64,000 nt of DNA from Spongospora subterranea f. sp. subterranea (lineage: Eukaryota): NCBI GenBank assembly GCA_049724395.1, contig JAUGWO010000070.1, positions 1-64,000 on the forward strand. The letters run 5' to 3'. Shown here piece after piece: positions 48,871-62,800 of this stretch. Position 1 is the stretch's first letter. Each line of letters starts with the position of its first letter. A program made the position numbers and the translations under genes. The notes beneath the pieces are model-generated. The model was not told the DNA's origin. It saw only the letters and a program-made list of their open reading frames with translations, and did not search any database.

Positions 48871-51800
48871 GAGGAGAACTGGAGGAGTAGAGGAGAACTG
48901 AGGGAAGGGAGAGGTGTGAGACTAGGTGTGAGATAAATGGAGTTCCTGGAGGAGTAGAGGAGAACTGAGGGAGAGGTGTGAGATAAATGGAGTTCCTGGA
49001 GGAGTAGAGGAGAACTGAGGAAGAGGTGTGAGATAAATGGAGTTCCTGGAGGAGTAGAGGAGAACTGAGGGAGAGGTGTGAGATAAATGGAGTTCCTGGA
49101 GGAGTAGAGGAGAACTGAGGAAGAGGTGTGAGATAAATGGAGTTCCTGGAGGAGTAGAGGAGAACTGAGGGAGAGGTGTGAGATAAATGGAGTTCCTGGA
49201 GGAGTAGAGGAGAACTGAGGGAGAGGTGTGAGATAAATGGAGTTCCTGGAGGAGTAGAGGAGAACTGAGGAAGAGGTGTGAGATAAATGGAGTTCCTGGA
49301 GGAGTAGAGGAGAACTGAGGAAGAGGTGTGAGATAAATGGAGTTCCTGGAGGAGTAGAGGAGAACTGAGGGAGAGGTGTGAGATAAATGGAGTTCCTGGA
49401 GGAGTAGAGGAGAACTGAGGGAGAGGTGTGAGATAAATGGAGTTCCTGGAGGAGTAGAGGAGAACTGAGGGAGAGGTGTGAGATAAATGGAGTTCCTGGA
49501 GGAGTAGAGGAGAACTGAGGGAGAGGTGTGAGATATGGAGTTCCTGGAGGAGTAGAGGAGAACTGAGGGAGAGGTGTGGATAAATGGAGTAGAGGAGAAC
49601 TGAGGGAGAGGTGTGAGATAAATGGAGTTCCTGGAGGAGTAGAGGAGAACTGAGGGAGAGGTGTGAGATAAATGGAGTTCCTGGAGGAGTAGAGGAGAAC
49701 TGAGGGAGAGGTGTGAGATAAATGGAGTTCCTGGAGGAGTAGAGGAGAACTGAGGGAGAGGTGTGAGATAAATGGAGTTCCTGGAGGAGTAGAGGAGAAC
49801 TGAGGGAGAGGTGTGAGATAAATGGAGTTCCTGGAGGAGTAGAGGAGAACTGAGGAAGAGGTGTGAGATAAATGGAGTTCCTGGAGGAGTAGAGGAGAAC
49901 TGAGGGAGAGGTGTGAGATAAATGGAGTTCCTGGAGGAGTAGAGGAGAACTGAGGAAGAGGTGTGAGATAAATGGAGTTCCTGGAGGAGTAGAGGAGAAC
50001 TGAGGGAGAGGTGTGAGATAAATGGAGTTCCTGGAGGAGTAGAGGAGAACTGAGGAAGAGGTGTGAGATAAATGGAGTTCCTGGAGGAGTAGAGGAGAAC
50101 TGAGGGAGAGGTGTGAGATAAATGGAGTTCCTGGAGGAGTAGAGGAGAACTGAGGAAGAGGTGTGAGATAAATGGAGTTCCTGGAGGAGTAGAGGAGAAC
50201 TGAGGGAGAGGTGTGAGATAAATGGAGTTCCTGGAGGAGTAGAGGAGAACTGAGGAAGAGGTGTGAGATAAATGGAGTTCCTGGAGGAGTAGAGGAGAAC
50301 TGAGGGAGAGGTGTGAGATAAATGGAGTTCCTGGAGGAGTAGAGGAGAACTGAGGGAGAGGTGTGAGATAAAGTGAATAAATGGAGTTCCTGGAGGAGTA
50401 GAGGAGAACTGAGGGAGAGGTGTGAGATAAATGGAGTTCCCTAGAGGTGGAGAGGAACTGAGAGGTGTGAGATAAATGGAGTTCCTGGAGGAGTAGAGGA
50501 GAACTGAGGGAGAGGTGTGAGATAAATGGAGTTCCTGGAGGAGTAGAGGAGAACTGAGGGAGAGGTGTGAGATAAATGGAGTTCCTGGAGGAGTAGAGGA
50601 GAACTGAGGGAGAGGTGTGAGATAAATGGAGTTCCTGGAGGAGTAGAGGAGAACTGAGGGAGAGGTGTGAGATAAATGGAGTTCCTGGAGGAGTAGAGGA
50701 GAACTGAGGGAGAGGTGTGAGATAAATGGAGTTCCTGGAGGAGTAGAGGAGAACTGGAGGAGTAGAGGAGAACTGAGGGAGAGGTGTGAGATAAATGGAG
50801 TTCCTGGAGGAGTAGAGGAGAACTGAGGGAGAGGTGTGAGATAAATGGAGTTCCTGGAGGAGTAGAGGAGAACTGAGGGAGAGGTGTGAGATAAATGGAG
50901 TTCCTGGAGGAGTAGAGGAGAACTGAGGAAGAGGTGTGAGGAGTGAGAACTGAGGGAGAGGTGTGAGATAAATGGAGTTCCTGGAGGAGTAGAGGAGAAC
51001 TGAGGAAGAGGTGTGAGATAAATGGAGTTCCTGGAGGAGTAGAGGAGAACTGAGGGAGAGGTGTGAGATAAATGGAGTTCCTGGAGGAGTAGAGGAGAAC
51101 TGAGGGAGAGGTGTGAGATAAATGGAGTTCCTGGAGGAGTAGAGGAGAACTGAGGGAGAGGTGTGAGATAAATGGAGTTCCTGGAGGAGTAGAGGAGAAC
51201 TGAGGGAGAGGTGTGAGATAAATGGAGTTCCTGGAGGAGTAGAGGAGAACTGAGGAAGAGGTGTGAGATAAATGGAGTTCCTGGAGGAGTAGAGGAGAAC
51301 TGAGGGAGAGGTGTGAGATAAATGGAGTTCCTGGAGGAGTAGAGGAGAACTGAGGAAGAGGAGGTGGTGTGAGATAAATGGAGTTCCTGGAGGAGTAGAG
51401 GAGAACTGAGGGAGAGGTGTGAGATAAATGGAGTTCCTGGAGGAGTAGAGGAGAACTGAGGGTAGAGGTGTGAGATAAATGGAGTTCCTGGAGGAGTAGA
51501 GGAGAACTGAGGAAGAGGTGAGATAAATGGAGTTCCTGGAGGAGTAGAGGAGAACTGAGGAGGAGTTGAGATAAATGGAGTTCCTGGAGGAGTAGAGGAG
51601 AACTGAGGAAGAGGTGTGAGATAAATGGAGTTCCTGGAGGAGTAGAGGAGAACTGAGGGAGAGGTGTGAGATAAATGGAGTTCCTGGAGGAGTAGAGGAG
51701 AACTGAGGAAGAGGTGTGAGATAAATGGAGTTCCTGGAGGAGTAGAGGAGAACTGAGGGAGAGGTGTGAGATAAATGGAGTTCCTGGAGGAGTAGAGGAG

Positions 51801-53082
51801 AACTGAGGATGAAGAGGTGTGAGATAAATGGAGTTGGAGGAGTAGAGGAGAACTGGAGGAGTAGAGGAGTTCCTGGAGGAGTGAGGGAAGAGGTGTGAGA
51901 TAAATGGAGTTCCTGGAGGAGTAGAGGAGAACTGAGGAAGAGGTGTGAGATAAATGGAGTTCCTGGAGGAGTAGAGGAGAACTGAGGGAGAGGTGTGAGA
52001 TAAATGGAGTTCCTGGAGAGAGTAGAACTGAGGGAGAACTGAGGAGGAGAGGTGTGAGATAAATGGAGTTCCTGGAGGAGTAGAGGAGAACTGAGGGAGA
52101 GGTGTGAGATAAATGGAGTTCCTGGAGGAGTAGAGGAGAACTGAGGGAGAGGTGTGAGATAAATGGAGTTCCTGGAGGAGTAGAGGGAGAGTTCCTGGAG
52201 GAGTAGAGGAGAACTGAGGGAGAGGTGTGAGATAAATGGAGTTCCTGGAGGAGTAGAGGAGAACTGAGGGAGAGGTGTGAGATAAATGGAGTTCCTGGAG
52301 GAGTAGAGGAGAACTGACGGGAGAGGTGTGAGATAAATGGAGTTCCTGGAGGAGTAGAGGAGAGAGGTGTGAGATAAATGGAGTTCCTGGAGGAGTAGAG
52401 GAGAACTGAGGAAGAGGTGTGAGATAAATGGAGTTCCTGGAGGAGTAGAGGAGAACTAGAGGTGTGAGATAAATGGAGTTCCTGGAGGAGTAGAGGAGAA
52501 CTGAGGGAGAGGTGTGAGATAAATGGAGTTCCTGGAGGAGTAGAGGAGAACTGAGGGAGAGGTGTGAGATAAATGGAGTTCCTGGAGGAGTAGAGGAGAA
52601 CTGAGAGGTGTGAGATAAATGGAGTTCCTGGAGGAGTAGAGGAGAACTGAGGGAGAGGTGTGAGATAAATGGAGTTCCTGGAGGAGTAGAGGAGAACTAA
52701 GGGAGAGGTGTGAGATAAATGGAGTTCCTGGAGGAGTAGAGGAGAACTGAGGGAGAGGTGTGAGATAAATGGAGTTCCTGGAGGAGTAGAGGAGAACTGA
52801 GGAAGAGGTGTGAGATAAATGGAGTTCCTGGAGGAGTAGAGGAGAACTGAGAGGGAGAGGTGTGAGATAAATGGAGTTCCTGGAGGAGTAGAGGAGAACT
52901 GAGGAAGAGGTGTGAGATAAATGGAGTTCCTGGAGGAGTAGAGGAGAACTGAGGGAGAGGTGTGAGATAAATGGAGTTCCTGGAGTAGAGGAGAACTGAG
53001 GGAGAGGTGTGAGATAAATGGAGTTCCTGGAGGAGTAGAGGAAAACTAAAAGAGAGGTGTGAGATAAATGGAGCTCCTGGAG
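48871..53082. repeat. 50-bp purine-rich satellite, ~84 units
   Basis: Unit (G/A)AGAGGTGTGAGATAAATGGAGTTCCTGGAGGAGTAGAGGAGAACTGAGG. Confidence 0.98.
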
Positions 53083-53949
53083 CTTCAAAGTCTCCCAAGT
53101 ATTTGTTGAATCAATTGAATGTTGGCTTCGCTCCTATTTGTTAGTGCTGTTTTATCTGTCTGTTTTTTTTGCAATGTCGATGGACTCTATGATACTGGTT
53201 TAAGCAGTAATTAAAGACCTTTGAAAAGACTTTACTGCAAAGAGGACACTGGCCAGTTGTTAACTGCCCCTATCTGACTGATTTGTTTTCGTTCTTTGAG
53301 GGGTTTATCAGCTTTATGCTTCTTCTGATGCAATTCTCGTAGCGACTTATAGACTTTTTTGCAATTTAAGGAACTCTTGAGATTTTCATACAAAGAAAAT
53401 TTAGGGCATGATCTCTCAAAATGACCTTAACGAAAAATCACAAGGGCCATCAATAGCTTACTCCTTCTTATTGACTGCTAACCCCCTTTTCATTGGCATT
53501 ATCATGGCTGCAGTTAATTTCCTTTTATGCGAATTGCATGATTCAAAACTAGCATGAAGTTTTACCGAAGTCTCCACAACATGACAAAGATTCATAGCAT
53601 CGTCCATCCCCACTATATCGCGCATCGTCAGCAAGTTGAATTGATTACCTCCAAATCAAGCTAGTACTTAAATCATTGCCAACGAACAAACCACCAATAG
53701 ATTGCCGCATTGTCCTACTTGAGTAGATAATTAAACTTTAGAGAAAGTGAATTTTCAACCTGTATATTTTGACAAGGGGTGAGTTTGGGTTTTATTTCAG
53801 ATCGCCTTGTATTATTGTTTGTCAGAACGTATTAATTCTCTTAGGCGTTTATTTGGTGGCGTTGTTGATGATAATTAAACATTTTAATTTTGAATTGCTG
53901 ATGGTGGATTATATGGTTTTGATGAATCGCAACGTCCTCACTTGATTAT

Positions 53950-55235
53950 GCTCAACATTTTTTTACGCCATTTCTCGTCTGTTTCCCCAACCTTAAAAGC
54001 ACAAAGGATTCCAGGGTATTTGATCAAAGAATGGGTAATACCAAAATTTATAGTATCCGCAGGAAGCATCATGACAATTTCGATTCTCTAGACCTCTTGC
54101 TTTAACACAGAGATGAGAGAGCTTGCTAGATCTTTAGCATATTTCAAGTTCAAGCCGTGTGAGGCTGAACTTGTAACTTGAACAAACCGGAACAGGAGAG
54201 ATTGTTCAAACTTCACCAAACTAACAAGGTCAAAACCGCCTTGATTCCATTTACGGGGTATAAGCCAGCATCCAGGAACAAGGCGGTCGGGAACTTGTGC
54301 CATAGAATCAGAGTCCCAGTTGCATTCAACGTAATCCGCTATTGCCACTTTTCATTACCTAGGTCCAAACAACCACCTTTACAAGCGATGATTTGATTAA
54401 TGAAGTCCATTTCCACAATCCACCCCGTAAACGAGGGATTCTGCAATCCAGAAGCAATGCCATACGCCAGCAGCACTGCTTCACTTCCTCCTTCTCGAAG
54501 AGCAATCTTGGCCCGCAATATAAGGGCTTGTGAAAAATTTGCGATGTGAGTTGCCAGGGTACGAAAACATCAAATGATTAACACTAACAATGGTTCGTTC
54601 CCCAACTACCCCTCTGAGCATATCGATGCTGTTTGGTGCAGATGCAAAAAACAGTTTGATAAGGGCAAGAACTTCATCGAGTTGTATTTCAAACATCCAT
54701 CTTGCCGAACAACCAGCATAGTAATGCTTACTGAGAATACAGTGTTCAAGCTCCACATCATCAATTGTGAGATTTACATCTGCTGTTAAAGAATATTTGA
54801 CGTTTTGAAAAAATTCAATGTCCGATAAAGCATTACGATATTCTTCGATAGTCCATGGATATGACTGAAAGAAGCATATTCCCCGATCTTGGTCAAGCTC
54901 AAAATTGAATTTGACAGCGAGATACGCAACCATGATCGCTTTTCTTTCAGGGTTGAAATAATTGTTGAAAACGGCTCTTGTAAGCTCATTGTCCTCAGAA
55001 CCGGTAACTCCATCGATAATGACGATATCGGCCATAGTTGTTGTGATATAGTCTGGAATATCTGAGAACACAATGGGAAAAATCGAGATGAAACCCACTT
55101 TGTGGAGAGAGTAAAACATAGAGATTTTGGGCATGTTGAGATATCTTAATCCATAAGAGCGTTTTGCCAAAAATCTTGCCCTGAAAACATGCCCAAAACC
55201 AGACAGTGATTGATTTTCCTACTCCTGGAGGACCA
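53950..55235 (-). pseudogene. Crinkler (CRN)-like effector C-terminal NTPase plus nuclease-like module, disrupted
   Basis: GPPGVGKS P-loop (~55235-55210), IVIIDG, PWTIEEY, YYAGCSARWMF, WLIPRKWNQGGFD and FVQVT motifs; frameshifts and stops; no N-terminal domain seen. Confidence 0.65.
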
Positions 55236-55680
55236 AAATGTTGAGCATAATCAAGTGAGGACGTTGCGATTCATCAAAACCATATAATCCACCATCAGCA
55301 ATTATGGAATCAAGGCGGTTTTGACCTTGTTGGTTTGGTGAAGTTTGAACAATCTCTCCTGCTCCGGTTTGTTCAAGTTACAAGTTCAGCCTCACACGGC
55401 TTGAACTTGAAATATGCTAAAGATCTAGCAAGCTCTCTCATCTCTGTGTTAAAGCAAGAGGTCTAGAGAATCGAAATTGTCATGATGCTTCCTGCGGATA
55501 CTATAAATTTTGGTATTACCCATTCTTTGATCAAATACCCTGGAATCCTTTGTGCTTTTAAGGTTGGGGAAACAGACGAGAAATGGCGTAAAAATGTTGA
55601 GCATAATCAATGAGGACGTTTGCGATTCATCAAAACCATATAATCCACCATCAGCAATTCAAAATTAAAATGTTTAATTA
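55236..55680 (+). repeat. Inverted duplication of the CRN-like 3' end (mirror of ~53870-54250)
   Basis: 55304-55680 is the reverse complement of ~53872-54250; 55236-55303 is a further copy of ~53893-53962. Confidence 0.9.
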
Positions 55681-55714
55681 CCGTCAGGGGGATCGATCTG
55701 GAAACACGTGCGCG

Positions 55715-57190
55715 GCATGGTCGCGTGAACTACGGGCCTCTGGCTGGAGAGTGTACACACACTGAGTGGGCATGGTCGCGTGAACTACGGGCCTCTGGCT
55801 GGAGAGTGTACACACACTGAGTGGGCATGGTCGCGTGGACTACGGGCCTCTGGCTGGAGAGTGTACACACACTGACGTGGGCATGGTCGCGTGGACTACG
55901 GGCCACTGACCGCAGAGTGTACACACACTCACGGGGGCATGGTCGCGTTCATGACCGTAATATGACCGTGGTCTGTGTGTACCCTCTGTAGGCCTCGGCA
56001 AGGGTATTCTGAAACTACATTATGAACACACACTCCAGCCAGTGGCCCATAGTCCTCGCGACCATGGTCAGTGTGTGTACACTCTCCAGCCAGTGGCCCA
56101 TAGTCCTCGCGACCATGCCCCCGTCAGTGTGTGTACACTCTCCATCCAGTGGCCCGTAGTGTGTGTCCTCGCGACCATGCCCATGGTCAGTGTGTGTACA
56201 CTCTCCATCCAGTGGCCCATAGTCCTCGCGACCATGCCCCCGTCAGTGTGTGTACACTCTCCAGCCAGTGGCCCATAGTCCTCGCGACCATGCCCCCGTC
56301 AGTGTGTGTACACTCTCCAGCCAGTGGCCCATAGTCCTCGCGACCATGCCCCCGTCAGTGTGTGTACACTCTCCAGCCAGTGGCCCATAGTCCTCGCGAC
56401 CATGCCCCCGTCAGTGTGTGTACACTCTCCAGCCAGTGGCCCATAGTCCTCGCGACCATGCCCCCGTCAGTGTGTGTACACTCTCCAGCCAGTGGCCCAT
56501 AGTCCTCGCGACCATGCCCCCGTCAGTGTGTGTACACTCTCCAGCCAGTGGCCCATAGTCCTCGCGACCATGCCCCCGTCAGTGTGTGTACACTCTCCAG
56601 CCAGTGGCCCATAGTCCTCGCGACCATGCCCCCGTCAGTGTGTGTACACTCTCCAGCCAGTGGCCCATAGTCCTCGCGACCATGCCCCCGTCAGTGTGTG
56701 TACACTCTCCAGCCAGTGGCCCATAGTCCTCGCGACCATGCCCCCGTCAGTGTGTGTACACTCTCCATCCAGTGGCCCATAGTCCTCGCGACCATGCCCC
56801 CGTCAGTGTGTGTACACTCTCCAGCCAGTGGCCCATAGTCCTCGCGACCATGCCCCCGTCAGTGTGTGTACACTCTCCAGCCAGTGGCCCATAGTCCTCG
56901 CGACCATGCCCCCGTCAGTGTGTGTACACTCTCCAGCCAGTGGCCCATAGTCCTCGCGACCATGCCCCCGTCAGTGTGTGTACACTCTCCAGCCAGTGGC
57001 CCATAGTCCTCGCGACCATGCCCCCGTCAGTGTGTGTACACTCTCCAGCCAGTGGCCCATAGTCCTCGCGACCATGCCCCCGTCAGTGTGTGTACACTCT
57101 CCAGCCAGTGGCCCATAGTCCTCGCGACCATGCCCCCGTCAGTGTGTGTACACTCTCCATCCAGTGGCCCGTAGTCCACGCGACCATGCC
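55715..57190. repeat. 56-bp satellite (~21 units at 56030-57190) preceded by ~4 diverged units in the opposite orientation (55715-55950)
   Basis: Unit CCAGTGGCCCATAGTCCTCGCGACCATGCCCCCGTCAGTGTGTGTACACTCTCCAG. Confidence 0.96.
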
Positions 57191-57233
57191 CAAACCAATA
57201 CTACCAACTACAGCACCTCGGTCACTTCATCGA

Positions 57234-59525
57234 AATGTCATCTGGTGTTTGCCATCTTGGCAATGCTTGTATACCATTATCGCTTATTAGGGAACGTGCT
57301 GCCTCACGTTTTGCTCAATGCTCAAATTTTATCGGATATTGATGGACCTAAAGCCCTTGTATTAGGCCCTGGCTTATCAGGATCATTAGGATTTGTTATA
57401 GAGGTCTCAATGCTGAAAAATCATGGTGTTCACGCTATGTATGAATTAAGTCCAGCTTCTCTACCTTGCAGTAATAATCAAGTAGTCTATATTGTAAGAG
57501 CTGGAGATATCGCCGCTCTTCGAGTTCTTGCTGAACAATTTCATTCGCACTCGCAAGAACGCCATCATCATATATGTTTTATGCCTCGTTGCACATTACT
57601 TGCTGAAGCTACACTAGTCCAGCTCAAAGTATATGGTAATATGACTCGTATTGAGTTGGGTGTTGAGGTATTCCTGTCTTGGTGCTCGGTTCAACCTGTA
57701 ATGCTGAACTATTGGCAAATAGCTGTTTCCTTACGATGAAGATGTGATTACGATGTGTCTTGATGGATGTCTAAAAGAATTGCTTGTCGACAATGACCCA
57801 TCTGTACTTTATTATGCCGCATCAGCCATTCGGACCTTTGAAGACATGTTTGGAGGAATACCCAAGGTGAGATACAAAGAATGTCAATTAAACTGTGTTG
57901 TTGACATTTTTGGGAGAGATATCGGGTAAGGGCGACTGGGCTTCAAGAGTTGTGCAGATTCTGAATAAACTGGGGCATGAACGGCCTGTAGCAAAAGATG
58001 CTCCCATCTGCGGGCCTGTTGACGAACTGATTTTGATTGATAGGCGGGTTGACATGGTTAGTCCTCTTTTACAACAGTGTAATTATCGCTCAACTCCACA
58101 ACTACCCAATATTGCCTTTCGCTCTAACAGTAGTTTTCAAAACAGTGAGCTATGAAGGACTTCTTGATGAGATTGTCGGAATATCGAATGGGTTTGTGGA
58201 GATTGAAAAGAAAAGTGTGGGGGTCAAAGGTCGACCTGGGGTCACTAAATTGCCACTCAACTCGAATGACGACCTTTACCGGCAACTTCGGGATGCGAAT
58301 TTCAATCTTTTTAAGCATATCGTGAAGAAGCGTGCTGCACATATTCAAGAGACATATGCAGAGCGACACGATGCTGAATCAATCGCCCAGATGTCAACTT
58401 TTATGAAAAAATTCAAAACAGTACATCCTGAACACGTATCACTAGAGGCTCATATCAATCTGGCTGATAAGGTTGCTCAGGTAATATTTCATTTGCGTTC
58501 GTTGAACCAGCAAGTAGCCAATATTAGTAATCTAGGTGACGAAACTGCCGTCGTTTCTTCGGAATGCCCAAACCCAACTCGATCTTGTCTCAACCGGTCA
58601 TCAGAGTAGCGCCGAGGCCTATATCGAGGAGCTTATTGGAAAAAGAGCACCGCTAACACAAGTTCTTCGAATGATGGGATTGATGTCGATTGTTGGAGGA
58701 GGAATCAAGCAAAAGCAGTTCGATTTTTTACGAAGCGAGATTGTTCAGGCTTGTATTACTTAGCTTTTTGAAAGTGTTGGAACGGGCATTGACCGGTCCG
58801 TTGGTTTTAGATGGGTTCACGACCTTACTTGGATTGGATAATCTTAATCGTGCTGGGATTATCATAAAGGTTTTTGACACCCTCAGCGTCTTATTCAGCT
58901 CCATTTCAATATAACTCGTTTGTAGCGCGAGAATCGGTATTCGTTTTCCCCGATCTGCACAGCGTATGATCTGATTGGCCAGCCCGTATCTGCTGGCTCA
59001 TCGATTTCATTACCTGCCTCTATGCACTTCGCTTATCATGGCTATGCGCCGCTTTCAGTTCGATTAGTTGAGGCATCAATACGGTCAGGTTGGACTACCG
59101 AGCCGGGCAAGGCTAAGTTAGGTTAGTTTAAGCCGAATTCTTAGGAATTGTCAGGAGAATGACGTCATCACCATCCTTCTGTGGCTGGAGCTTTCATACT
59201 AAGCATTGACAATATATTTTTAGGCCTTGTTAGCGGGCAATCATTTTCCAAGAATGTTCGACCAGGAAATAATGCATCGCAGAGTAAGAAGCGAATTGTA
59301 TTGGTATTCTTCATTGGTGGGATTACGTTCGCTGAGATATCAGCATTACGTTGGTTGAATAGTAAGTTGAAATAGTGGTTCACATATTTTAGATTATTGA
59401 TTTTATCTGAACAAGAACGGGAAGATCACGATCGAGAGTATATCATTATGACGACTCATATCACTAATGGCCACAAGATGATTTCAGCAATTTTAGGCAA
59501 CTGCGAAAACCGATATGAAAAATAA
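57234..59525 (+). CDS. VPS33: Vacuolar protein sorting 33 (Sec1/Munc18 family), multi-exon; start uncertain
   Basis: GPKALVL...LKNHGV, LILIDRRVDMVSPLLQQ..YEGLLDE, LPLNSNDDLYRQLRDANF, GYAPLSVRLVE, VFFIGGITFAEISALR and IIMTTHITNG, separated by ~50-60-nt GT-AG introns. Confidence 0.88.
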
Positions 59526-59834
59526 CTGTATAATTTTATATATTCGAATCAACTACAACATCAGAAATAGTGACCAAATACATAAGTTAGATAGAGGCAG
59601 CAATAGCCACATGAATCGCATTGTGATATCCCATCTTCAACTTCATCAAAAGGTGGTGATACATAGAATGGGGTACACTTCACTAATTAAGTTTCTCTTG
59701 GTCTGATTCAGGGAATTATTTTTGTTTTCTTTTTTTAACCGAAGACAGTCAATTTCAGAAGCATTCTTCAGCGATTACAGCAAATTGATATGTATTTAGA
59801 GACATAAATATATACTGAACTATATAGGCTTAAA

Positions 59835-62800
59835 CTACCTGGCTTTCCCGTTTTGTGATTGGTCTTTTTTCTTGGAGCGCCCGTCTTCAAAAGACGATAC
59901 CTGCATCAGTTCCTGTTCAATTCTGAAGTTCCAGCTGTTGTCCGTTACCTTTTTCTTCAAGTTGCTCCGAAGCAGATTCATTTGATTCTTCGATGGCGGT
60001 TTCCCTGAACGACATTCTTTTATCCATTCCACCTTACCCTTAGCCTGAGCTGAGGTTCCGCATCCATGCACTTCCGGTAGTCCATGGCTAATACAGAATG
60101 CGAGCTTGCAGAATTGGCATACAATCGATACTGTATCGACGCCATAAGATCAGCCCAAAAATGTTTCACGTCGATAAATTATTCAGACCTGTTTTGGTAC
60201 TTTTCATGCATGACGAATGTGAGCACTGACCTACCTTTATACCGGCCGATAAAAAAAACTCGTCAATCTCATCCTGATGACGGGATTACTACATAGAGCT
60301 AACTGGATAGAACTAACGATTACCTCTACGGAAACTGAGCCAACAGAAACCGCACTTGCAGTAGTTTTCGCCTTGCTTCTTTTCTTCTTGTGTTTGATGG
60401 GAACACCTGGAAGAGTCTGAGCGAGAATAGAGAGCACATCAGATGCGCAATCTCCCGTATTCATAGCTCCTGATCTGGTGACAATACCTCAATATTCGAA
60501 AATGGCGCTGTTGGTCGTTCTTCCTGATTTGACACAGTTTCCTCCTGATTTACTGATGACAGGTCGTCTGGTGACGATGGAATTGGACCTAGTTTGACTT
60601 TATCTGGTGTCAACAGTTCGCGGCGGGCAGTTTCATGAACCTGGATTGAGCTATTTTCAAGGGGCGCTTTAACCCAAACAAATCTTTGGGCTCCTTCACC
60701 AGAGCTACCATGATCCATTCGGCACCGCTCGGCTACGTCATGTACCACCATTCTCATGAACGACGTTAAATGACAGGGAAAAACGACTTCCTCCCCAGGA
60801 AGAAGGGATTGAACTCGAGCAATAAGGGCGTCGACATCGTTTTGGTCATCACGAGCGATAGCGACCGACTCTTCCACGAAAGACTTTGCAATGGGCACAT
60901 TTGGAGTTGTGACGTGCTCCGATTTACAACGGCGTCCCTTGGCTGACTTTCTAGGTTTACTAGGTCGCGCCACTGGCGATTGCTCGCTGATCGCATCGGT
61001 TGCAGCAGCGTCATTTTTAGGGACATCAGCACAGTCATCATCTATCTGGTCCTCCCAGATTTGAGCGTCGTCTTCATACAAATGCGCCGATTGATAATCG
61101 CCATTGTCTTCCAGATAGGATAACAGCCTGTTGAAGAAAGGGTCATGGGACAACGTGCTGGAATCACACAAATAACTGCGAGATGGCGACGGGCTCGTGT
61201 ACAAGCGACATTAATACGGCGAGGGTCGGAAAGAAACCCGATATCGGAATCAGTATTAGAGCGGACCATTGATATAACGATGGCCTCCTTCTCCCGACCT
61301 TGAAACCCATCAATAGTCCCTATCTCGATTAGCTCCACCTCAGATATAAACTTGTTGTGTTGCTGAGCTAGATCGGTAAGAGCCTGGCGACAAAGGACGA
61401 CCTGTCTGCTGTATGGAGTTAGCAGCGCCATTGTTCCAGGCGATACACCAGCCCAGAGAAGCCTGATTAGATGCAGTGCCGCTATGCGCGCCTCTCCGAT
61501 ATTCCCTTTCGATAGCTGCCTCAATCGCACATCGCCACCATCCAAATCGCCTTCATCTTCATCCATAGAGCAATGGCTTGTGTCGATGTAAACCAACGCA
61601 GCAGCAGTGGTGGCTGTTCGCTTAACGCCAGGTAGATGATGAAGGAGATGATGGGCAACAGTGCGATCAGCAATAAGTCTACCGTTATAGAATTCTTGCG
61701 ACGACCAATCCTGAATAAGAGAGTTCATACGGTATTGTTGGTCCAACATCACGATCGACTGAGGGCAACAGGTCTGTAAGAGCTCATAAACCCGCTCGAA
61801 CATCGTGGGAAATGTGGCGGCGAAGGAAGATTTGACGGTCGGGGCGAGCTGTTTATGGTCACCCACCATGACCAATCGTTTCCCCATCAATATAGGTATC
61901 CAGCATTGGGGCTCTAGAGCTTGGCCTGCCTCATCAATGATCACTAAATCGAATTGGCGTCCCCGTAGCGCTGGAACATTGGCACCAACACAGGTTGACA
62001 GAACAACCTGCGCTTTTCCAACAACTTCCTCGCTAACCCGACCTTCCATCGCTTTTAAATCCTTTCGTAATAATCGAATTTCATCACGATTTTTGTTGCG
62101 TTCTATGCGACTGCAGGTCGACCAACGCTCATTAATCGATCGGATTTCACTACGGACGTCTTGAGCAAGACGAAAGGCCTCAGAACGGGAGACAATTTCG
62201 TCAAGAGAATGGGTCATGACCGATTGCAGCATCCTGGCTGGATGACCAAGACGAACGAGACGGACAGGGGAAGACGACAACCGTTCAACAATACCATCAA
62301 CTGCAATATTCGAAGGAGCACAAGCAAGCACCTTTAGTCCCGATTTCACCGCTTCTGTAATCAGCCGACAGACAGCAGTTGTCTTCCCGCAACCAGGAGG
62401 ACCATGAATTAGAAACACGTCATTAGTGGCCAACGCACCAAGTACAGCTTGAGATTGAGAAGTGTTCAAAGTGTCGAACGACGCCTTGGAAGTGTGGGCA
62501 GACGAAGGCGGGCTGGGCGCCTGAGAAGCTAACAGGACAGAGGCAAGAAGATTACATGGAGCTGAGGCAGGTAATGATGCCAACTGATCAAGAGCATGAG
62601 CGCACCGACGGAACGAGATGTCATTGCCGACTCTGAACAAACACGGGGTTGACAAAACGTCGATGAAGAAACAGTGCAAAGGATGAAATACTTGACGAGA
62701 GTTAGGAATGGAGACGACGCTGATTGCGATGGATCATAATCTGAACATGATATTATGATGACCTATTGAACGTTAACAGTTAATTGATCTGAACCGTTTA

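Noticed and set aside
48871..57190. Satellite arrays as CRISPR arrays
   Set aside because: Units are head-to-tail with no unique spacers, the context is eukaryotic and no cas genes are present.
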